From the NCBI GenBank assembly GCA_051546255.1, contig CP128816.1, forward strand, positions 1 through 64,000: DNA of 64,000 nt. The letters run 5' to 3'. Positions 44,773 through 52,994 of the stretch are shown one piece after another. The translations under genes and the position numbers were made by a program. Position 1 is the first letter of the stretch; the number at the start of each line of letters is the position of its first letter. This DNA comes from Meyerozyma guilliermondii. Its lineage: Eukaryota. Below the pieces are notes generated by a model. The model was not told the origin of the DNA and did no database searches. It worked only from the letters and a program-made list of their open reading frames with translations.

Positions 44773-45972
44773 ATGGCTTCAGAACCTCCACCTCCATATG
44801 AGAAAGAAACACCAAATGGCGAAATTACATTCGCATCCCAAACTGAAAGATTGGAACAGTTATTCCATGACCCACCACGGTACCCTACCATTATCGAAAA
44901 CCCGAAACCCTCGAGCTCCCGCAATGGGGTCAGCTGTCTTATGTCGCTCACGGCGTTCATAATGTACCTTTTGGTGGTTATTGGCTGCTCAGTTAATGGG
45001 TTAAAAGGCTTATACTTGGTCCGCTTTGACAACGTGGGTGCTCGTTTCTTGGTGAGAGATTATGCTTATGCCGCTACAGTCACGGCAAGAAGAATGGAGG
45101 TGACAAGTATTCCCTCAACCACAAGAAGCTTCTCCTTGAGGCCTTCAATCGAGGCATTTGCAACCGCTACAGAAATTTCCGCATCGGGTAATATGGTTGC
45201 AACCACCACCCAGTCCTCGTTCACAACTCCTACATCTGCCAGTTCGATGGGTTCATCAAAAAGCGCTTTTCAATCAGCAACAGCATCCTGGAGATCTAGA
45301 ACAACTCCCATTACTAGTGCAAGAGCCCTGGCAACATCATACTACACCAGACCAGAAGCCCTGTACCTTCCAACCAATTTGGGAAATTTCACGGTATTTA
45401 TGGGCTACTATGGTACAGTCAAGAACGCACACTATCGTTATGGTTGGTCATTGGGAATACCGTCCGAGTACTATGTTGGTATTTGGTCTTATGGCTATTT
45501 TTCCACAGGCTACAAAACAAAGAGAAACACCATTTATTCTGGAATTGACTACTCGAAAATGGTCAATGATAACGCCGTTGTCTGGGTGTATATGCCTGGG
45601 CTCAACTATAAGGAAAAAGAGATTGAATTTCTGGGAAGATCCAAAATGAACCAGACAAATAAAATTGCCATGGCACTCCAGCCTTTATCTGTGATCTTGA
45701 TGGTGTCACTAGTGTTCTTTGTTGGAATGGCATTTCAAATACTTCCTCGGAAATGGGCCCGTTATATTGCACCTCTGACTGTTGTCTACTCACTTGTATT
45801 CAACATTCTATACAACGTGGTTGCAAGAAGGTATGGTTCTTATATTACCACGGCATTTCCGAAGAAAGAAGTCACTGTCGACAAAGGATTGAAATCTGTT
45901 CCAATTCTCTGGATTGCATTTGCGTTCCAGTGCATCACCAGCTTCATTGAATTGATTCTTCTGCTTCATTGA
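44773..45972 (+). CDS. SUR7/PalI-like four-TM protein with N-terminal PY motifs (paralog 1)
   Basis: PPPPY and PPRY motifs, one TM, large Ser/Thr-rich loop with YYVGIWSY, three C-terminal TMs. First ATG at 44773. Confidence 0.6.
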   Translation: MASEPPPPYEKETPNGEITFASQTERLEQLFHDPPRYPTIIENPKPSSSRNGVSCLMSLTAFIMYLLVVIGCSVNGLKGLYLVRFDNVGARFLVRDYAYAATVTARRMEVTSIPSTTRSFSLRPSIEAFATATEISASGNMVATTTQSSFTTPTSASSMGSSKSAFQSATASWRSRTTPITSARALATSYYTRPEALYLPTNLGNFTVFMGYYGTVKNAHYRYGWSLGIPSEYYVGIWSYGYFSTGYKTKRNTIYSGIDYSKMVNDNAVVWVYMPGLNYKEKEIEFLGRSKMNQTNKIAMALQPLSVILMVSLVFFVGMAFQILPRKWARYIAPLTVVYSLVFNILYNVVARRYGSYITTAFPKKEVTVDKGLKSVPILWIAFAFQCITSFIELILLLH

Positions 45973-46510
45973 ACTGCTATTTATTCTTGAGATGAAATTA
46001 TTGATTATGATCTACGATACAATGTACGAATAGAGAAACTAAAAAATTAAGCATTTGAGAATTGTAGCAGAATCATAGAATTTGCACCAGAATCAGTCCA
46101 TTCCAAAATAAGTCGTGAATTGATAAGCAGCTCCAATCAAATCAACCCTATTAGGGTCATTCACCGATAAGATCTTCCTGACAGTTTAAAGCAAGTGAGA
46201 CCGAGGCCTTATCTTCACCACCTTGCATGACCTCGTTTTGAGTGCACGTGGAAAATTGATGAAATTAGTGACCAAAAGTACGAGAATTAGCGAATGCCAT
46301 AGTTGCTTTCAACAATTTACTGCTTACGAATTATTCACAGTATTGCTGTAACACGGCCCTCAAGATCGGCTGCGAAAATCGGTAATTGAGATAGCGCCGC
46401 GCAGACCAGCGCACCTAACCAGATTTACACCAGATTTACGAACAGCACCAATTGCTTGGCAGTCGCTTATAAGCACAGAAGTAGCTGCTATATGGTCCAC
46501 TGAACCAAGT

Positions 46511-47671
46511 ATGGACACGGAATTTCTACCAACATATGAAAAAGCGATCCACTCAAATACTGCAACATTACCTGTTGACGGAACCTCACCATTGGGCGGC
46601 ACTCAAACTCTTAGAAACCACGAACAACCACCAAAGTATACTCTTATCGATGGATATTTGCGAGAAAACTACAGAAAGTCCAAGAAAAACCCATGTTTGG
46701 CATTACTTGGTTGGATCTTGTCGATATTTGTGTTCATATCATACCTCATTGTCGTCTTGGGATGTGTGACAAAACCACTCAAAAACCTATACTTTGTTCA
46801 TTTTGACATTGAACATGCCAGTTATGTTAAGGGAGTACGTCGATATGGCTATGGCTACGCAGCAGAAGATAAGAGCAAACTACCGCTAAATGAAGTGGAT
46901 ACTAGCAGTGCGACAGTCTCCGAATTTGCAGCCATAAAGAAATATGATCTTTCAAGTGAAGAAGTTACGGAAAGGTTAAGCTCAAGAACCACTCCCAGCC
47001 CTTCAAAAGCAATCCCTTTTTCAAGAGATTCTGTGTCAAATCCATCTCTGCTCTTGCCAACAAGAATCCCATATCTTGAAACGTATATGGGATACTTTGG
47101 TCCACTAGATGACAATGCTACCTATGTGAGCGGAAAAGATCTTTTTCTTGATCAAAGCTACTTTGCGGGAGTGTGGGTTTGGGGAAGGGAAAATTATGGT
47201 TTCTACGAATCAACCTACTTACCACTTGAGCCAGGGTTGAATATTTCTCAAAAAATGAACGAATACACAAGTACTTCACATCTCAATATGGTTGGGTTGA
47301 ACTACTTACCCGATGAGTTTCCTCAAAGATCCACTGTACTCCATTGGAACAAAGTATTCAAAGCCCTTCAGCCCTTATCAGCAGTGTCTTTATTTGCAAC
47401 TTTCATTTTTTTGTTTCTCAGCTTTCAAGTTGTTCCTACAAAATTTACCTTGGCAGTATCTTTGGTGTCACTTTGCATTGCACTTGCTTTTAATGTGTTG
47501 TATACTGTTGTTTCCACTTCTTTTGCTTCCAATTTGTCAAAGGCATTCTGCTTTAAAGAAGTACCAGTAAAACGAGGAACAACCTCAATTATCCTACTAT
47601 GGGTTAGCTTTGCTGTTCAAGTAATCGTATCAGTTTTGCGAATACTGATTTTTTTGACCAACGACAGATAA
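46511..47671 (+). CDS. SUR7/PalI-like four-TM protein with PY motifs (paralog 2)
   Basis: LPTY and PPKY motifs, same topology. Shares YL.VV.GC, LK.LY.V.FD, MGY.G, ALQPLS and FN.LY.VV with paralog 1. Confidence 0.6.
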   Translation: MDTEFLPTYEKAIHSNTATLPVDGTSPLGGTQTLRNHEQPPKYTLIDGYLRENYRKSKKNPCLALLGWILSIFVFISYLIVVLGCVTKPLKNLYFVHFDIEHASYVKGVRRYGYGYAAEDKSKLPLNEVDTSSATVSEFAAIKKYDLSSEEVTERLSSRTTPSPSKAIPFSRDSVSNPSLLLPTRIPYLETYMGYFGPLDDNATYVSGKDLFLDQSYFAGVWVWGRENYGFYESTYLPLEPGLNISQKMNEYTSTSHLNMVGLNYLPDEFPQRSTVLHWNKVFKALQPLSAVSLFATFIFLFLSFQVVPTKFTLAVSLVSLCIALAFNVLYTVVSTSFASNLSKAFCFKEVPVKRGTTSIILLWVSFAVQVIVSVLRILIFLTNDR

Positions 47672-48569
47672 ATCGACTGCTCGGAGCCAAATGTAAAACA
47701 CATCGTTTGGTGAGAAATTTAGGAATTTTCTGTGATTTTTTGACTTAGAGTATATTTATGACCAATTTAATGATTAAGATTGAAATACAATCACCAGTAA
47801 AGAAGCTCAACCATCAATATATCACTTGATTTGCAGCCATTTCTTTACAATTGAGGAAAGACTTTTGGAGTACATTGCTAATACTCTACTGTTGTCTTGG
47901 CTGCAGCACACCCACACATTCACGTGAACGCTATTGGGTCGGACCTACGTAGAGTTTACAGATAGTAAACCAGAGGAAGTCTTTTGGTTATAAATAATGC
48001 AAGGACTGTATATAAAACACCCAAATCTTTAATAGATTAGAAGTCTGCCGATGGAAAGGCGTGAAGGATATAAGATGAAAAATACCTCTTTCAGCATTTT
48101 GTTAATGTTACTCCATGAAATTGCTGATAATTTCGGCAGTTATCATATTCTTGTATGCAAAGATTTTAGGCTTATCCTTGTTGGCAAAAACTTACCATGT
48201 GAGACAATTTTATCACAATACAATATCACCACCATACTACACGAAATTTTTCGTATAAGTCTACCTATAACTCTATATAAAGAAGAGTATATAGAAAGTG
48301 ATTATACGATATGCCAAACTTTGATGATGTTAGAGATTTCAGATACAAAAGATATGGATATTATTGATAAGTATAAATTGATATCTAATAACATTGAAAC
48401 CATCTCTGGGTTTTTTGGGGTAAATACGAGCTAAATATATGCTTTGAAACATAACTGTCTGCTTCTTAGTGTTGTTGACTTGTTGGTTCTCTGGTGTATA
48501 TTTCATCAGGCACCTGCATGCAGCCTGGTTCTTGTTCAGTGAGAAGTTAGCCTGATCTTTCATCTCACC

Positions 48570-48818
48570 ATGCTTCCATGTTCGGTGACTCTAAACATCC
48601 CTTTTCAAACGGAAAAACAAGCCGTCATAGCAAAAAGAAGCCTAGAACCAGATCCAATTCTCAAAGCTAACGAATTGGCTGTGGAATATATCGCTGAGGA
48701 CTCTAGCCTAATTTGCAAATTCACCGGGGTCAATGATAGAGCACTCCGAGTGGCTATTAGCAGTGTCATAGACAATCTTAAGACGGTGGTCGAGTGTATG
48801 GATGAGTTTGAGCGATAG
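48570..48818 (+). CDS. PCC1: EKC/KEOPS complex subunit Pcc1
   Basis: TLNIPFQTEKQAVIA..SL.PDPIL and DRALRVAISSVIDNLKTVVECMDEF match the Pcc1 pattern. Confidence 0.88.
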   Translation: MLPCSVTLNIPFQTEKQAVIAKRSLEPDPILKANELAVEYIAEDSSLICKFTGVNDRALRVAISSVIDNLKTVVECMDEFER

Positions 48819-49055
48819 TGAAGTACTGGTAAGATTGAATCTGAATCCAGAAACTTATGAAATAGAAAGAAGATACTCAAGGTAAGTACCTATGCATATA
48901 ACGAATACGAACAAAGCTGAACATTTGTAGTATTGTAGAGATCAAATTGAGACGGACTTACTTTCCAAGCGAATAATTTCCCTAATAATTCTTCGCCAAT
49001 ATTCTTCCCCAGAATTCTCATTCTTCACCAATTCTTCGCGAATTATTCTTCTCCA

Positions 49056-50816
49056 ATGCATCCATCGCTCGCTAGCAGCAGGCGATCCACACTAATAAAA
49101 CCACTTCTAGGAAACTCTAAGAGTACAAAAAGGTTTATACACCCAACATCAAGCCCATGTGGCATTTTCAAGCCTCCACCGATCGAAAAAGATGTTTTTC
49201 ACCACGAATACTCAATTCGTCCCGACACTTATGCATTCAAAGTGGCCAATACCGGTCCTCATCCCCTCCAAAAGTCAGAATCTAGCCGATTCAACGCCAT
49301 TGACTTCATATATAAACATGCTACAAACTATCCCTTTTCTGAAAGGTCTCCAGAACAAGTGTTCAATACCTTTCCCAAGATCAACGCGGCGAAATTGAAC
49401 AGAAGAAAGGCTCGTCCTTCAAAGGTGAAGATGTTGACGGGAGATTTCATCGAGGACAGCTTGTACAATCAGAACTATGGATACTTTTCAAAAGAGGTGG
49501 AGATTTTTCACCCCGAAAAACCATTTGACTACAACAATATAACCGATATTGATGACTTTTTGGAAAATTGGAAGAATGCTTATAGCAAATACGACCAGAA
49601 GGAGGCACCCAAACCAAACCAGCCCCTTCCAAAGCCATCGGGCAATTCCAAATTTGCTTCAAGAGCCGTTCAGGTATACCAACAGGATGCCCAGGTGGCT
49701 CCGCAACAGTCTCGAAGATCACTTCAATTATGGCATACCCCCACAGAACTTTTTCTGCCTCATTACGGAGAAGCTTTGGCTAGGTATCTTCTTGTAAACT
49801 ACAAGCTTAACGGCACTTACCCCTATGCCGATTTGGTGATCTATGAAATGGGTGGTGGTAATGGAACGTTGATGTGCAACGTACTCAATTATATCAAAGA
49901 AAACCAGCCCGACGTCTACGCAAGAACCCATTACAAGATTATTGAAATCTCGTCGCAACTTGCAACCAAACAGATGGAGAGTGCGTTGAGAGCCAAATTA
50001 ACAAGAGAAAAAATCGATAATAGTAAGGTGGAAGTGATCAATCAATCGATCTTTGAATGGGACAAGGTGGTACAAGAACCATGTTTTTTCATAGCACTTG
50101 AGGTGTTTGATAATTTTCCCCATGACTTGGTCCGCTATGATAACACGACTGGTGAACCCCACGAAGGTTATGTTCTTGTTGATGAGCAAGGTGATTTCTT
50201 TGAATTTTTCACTCCCGAATTGAGCTATTACACAGATACCTTCCTTCGATTGCGGGAGAGCGACTCAGAGTCCGTATTGAAGAAAAGCAAAACATGGAAA
50301 GGAAAATTGGAAACAGCAAAGAGTCTCGTTCCATTCAAATCTCATGATAATATTCACCCACTTCTCCAGTCGTCACACAAACTAGGCCTTAAAAACTCAT
50401 TGTTTCCATTTAAAGACAACTTGACACCGGGAGAGTTCATCCCTACGAGACTTTTACAGTTTTTCCAGATCCTCAAACACCGGTTTCCGAATCATTCTCT
50501 TATATGCTCGGATTTCAATGCCCTTCCCAAAACCATCCCAGGCTACTATAATGCGCCAGTGGTACAGACGGTGCTCAAGGACAAAATGGTGGACGTCACA
50601 ACATACATGGTCAACCAAGGCTACTTTGACATTATGTTTGCAACCGATTTCAATGTCGCCAGTTCGCTCTACAGGCAGGTGACAGGAAAGATGCCGCGAG
50701 TTGAACTGCACCGCGATTTCTTGGAGCAATGGGCTGATGTCGAGGCAACCACCACCAAGGCGGGCGAAAACCCCATGTTGGACTTTTATAGAAATGTTAG
50801 CTTCATGGTGAGCTAA
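49056..50816 (+). CDS. MidA/NDUFAF7-type SAM-dependent methyltransferase, probably mitochondrial
   Basis: Basic presequence-like N-terminus; DFIEDSLYN..YGYF, WHTPTELF, IYEMGGGNGT, ALEVFDN, GYFDIMF.TDF. Confidence 0.82.
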   Translation: MHPSLASSRRSTLIKPLLGNSKSTKRFIHPTSSPCGIFKPPPIEKDVFHHEYSIRPDTYAFKVANTGPHPLQKSESSRFNAIDFIYKHATNYPFSERSPEQVFNTFPKINAAKLNRRKARPSKVKMLTGDFIEDSLYNQNYGYFSKEVEIFHPEKPFDYNNITDIDDFLENWKNAYSKYDQKEAPKPNQPLPKPSGNSKFASRAVQVYQQDAQVAPQQSRRSLQLWHTPTELFLPHYGEALARYLLVNYKLNGTYPYADLVIYEMGGGNGTLMCNVLNYIKENQPDVYARTHYKIIEISSQLATKQMESALRAKLTREKIDNSKVEVINQSIFEWDKVVQEPCFFIALEVFDNFPHDLVRYDNTTGEPHEGYVLVDEQGDFFEFFTPELSYYTDTFLRLRESDSESVLKKSKTWKGKLETAKSLVPFKSHDNIHPLLQSSHKLGLKNSLFPFKDNLTPGEFIPTRLLQFFQILKHRFPNHSLICSDFNALPKTIPGYYNAPVVQTVLKDKMVDVTTYMVNQGYFDIMFATDFNVASSLYRQVTGKMPRVELHRDFLEQWADVEATTTKAGENPMLDFYRNVSFMVS

Positions 50817-51129
50817 AACCTGTAAATAGAATTATGCAACTAAATGCGCCGGAATCGGAGCTGCAAAAGGTTGAGTGAGCCGCACGGCGCACATTAGGCG
50901 AGGTGGTATCGGCATTTCACGTGGAACTACGGCATTTGTTAACGGCGTTTTTCAGTAGCGGTGATTTCCGTATCCGTTATCGTGCATCAAATAGGCGCCA
51001 GATGTGGCTTCTTATAGATGATACGAATCATTAATTGGTTTCGGAATATTACCAACCGTCAGCCGCACGATGAGCCACAGTGTGCAGCAGCTATAAGAAG
51101 TGCGATGCCATTGTGCATCCCGGTGCATA

Positions 51130-52827
51130 ATGGGCTTTTTGACTGACCCACTCAAGCGACTCAAATGGGGGTTTATACCTACCAGACGTGAGGTAGAGGA
51201 CGAGATTGAAGTGGATGTGGTGGAGGTTAAGTCTGATGAGAAAGCCGACGTTTCAAGCGATTCTACCGCTGACGGCCCGGTATTGGAATATCGCGATGAG
51301 CTGCAACGCAAATGGTATAAATTCTTTGACGAGTACGAATACCGTCTTAATAGTAAGACCAGAAGTCAACACAAGTGGTTCAAATGGTTTAATGAAACCG
51401 ATACCGCCGCGGAGCGCAAATTGATTACCAAACTCGACATCCTCTTAACGTTCTATTCACTCATGGCATACTGGGTCAAGTACTTGGACCAAACCAACAT
51501 TAATAATGCTTATATCGGAGGCATGAAGGAAGGTGTGGGCATGAAAGGAAACGATTTGGTCAATGTTCAAGTCATGTTCAAGATTGGTAACATTATTTTT
51601 CAGATTCCATTCATGTACGCTCTTTATGGTTTACCACTCAACTTTGTGCTTCCTGCCCTCGATGTGTGTTGGTCCATTTTGACGGTTTGCATCTACAAGG
51701 TGGAGCATGTGGGACAACTTAAGGCAATAGTGTTCTTTGTGGGAGCTTTCGAAGCACCAGCTTATTTGGCTTATCAGTACCTTTTTGGGTGTTGGTACAA
51801 GGTTGATGAAATGGCTCGTAGATCCATGATTTATTACTTTGGACAATTCCTCGGCTTGATGACTAGTGGACTCTTAAGTGGTGCCATAGAATGACATTTG
51901 GATGGCGCCAATGGGTTGGCAGCTTGGCAATGGATCTTCATTGTCGATGGTATTCTCTCCATTGTTGTTGGATTCATCGGCTTTTATGTTCTTCCAGGAA
52001 CCCCTACCGACTGCTACTCGATCTTCTTGAGCGATGACGAGATCAGATTGGCCAGAAAAAGATTGAAAGACAACAAGACAGCTACCAGACCAGACAAAGA
52101 CCTTGTCAAATCACTTTTCTCTTTCAAACTTTGGAAACGAATCCTTGGCTCGTGGGAAATTTATGTGTTGAGTTTGTGGAACATTTTCTGCTGGAACAAT
52201 AATAACGGTACTTCGGGTTCGTACGTTTTGTGGATCAATTCTCTCTTGGACAAAAACGGTAATCCAAGATACGGGAAAGGGAAGAAGCAAGATTATACCG
52301 CTCTTACTCCAGGATTGGGTCTTTTGTGGCTTTTTATCACCTGTACGTTTGCAGATTTGTCACATTCCAGATGGGGAGCCTTAATCTTTTCCCAAGTATT
52401 CAACTTGATCGGTAACATACTTTTGGCAGTTTGGCATATTCCAGAAAGAGCAAAGTGGTTTGCATTCTGTCTCCAGTACTTTGGCTGGGCCATGGCGCCA
52501 GTTCTTTATTCGTGGCAAAACGATATCTGCCGTCATGACGCTCAAATTAGAGCGGTGGTGTTGGTATGGATGAACATGCTAGCACAGTCAACCACAGCTT
52601 GGACATCGGTTTTGGTATGGAAAACTGTCGAGGCCCCAAGATACCTCAAGGGATACTCGTTTACTGCTGCCTGTGCTTTGGCATTGTCCTTGTGGACATT
52701 TGTTGTGTTGTGGTTCTACAAGAGAACCGAGAGACAAAATGCCCGAGAACAAGGTATTGTAATTTTGGATTCGGAGTCGTCTGAACAGACAAAGATAGAT
52801 ATAGACGCGAAGAAGGAGGACTACTAA
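51130..52827 (+). pseudogene. SEO1: SEO1-like MFS permease interrupted by one in-frame TGA (nonsense allele, readthrough or sequencing error)
   Basis: DPLKRLKWGFIP, EYRDE, YWVKYLD, FCWNNNN and KTVEAPRY match Seo1. The two ORF halves are in frame, joined by GAA TGA CAT TTG (TGA at 51892-51894). Confidence 0.8.
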
Positions 52828-52994
52828 GCAACTTAATAGACATTGTGACCAGATTGTGACCATATTGACCAAAATTGTAATGCATTAGTGTACCTTTTTG
52901 CACCCATTTTAGATGTTCCTCTCTTAGTTCGCGCGAATCCTGCACGCACACCCGATGTTCTTTTTTCCTCACCTCTTCCAACTCTTCTCCAACC

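Noticed and set aside
47792..47799. CACCAGTA as a telomerase RNA template or internal telomere seed
   Set aside because: Only one 8-nt unit, which is expected by chance in 64 kb.
48188..48200. AAACTTACCAT resembling the U1 snRNA 5' end; AAACCAT near 48397 resembling snR30 m2
   Set aside because: Imperfect U1 match (ATACTTACCT expected), and the partner snR30 m1 motif is absent.
48985..49055. ATTCTTC repeated about five times upstream of the methyltransferase
   Set aside because: All on one strand, so not an alternating heat-shock element; probably a low-complexity leader.
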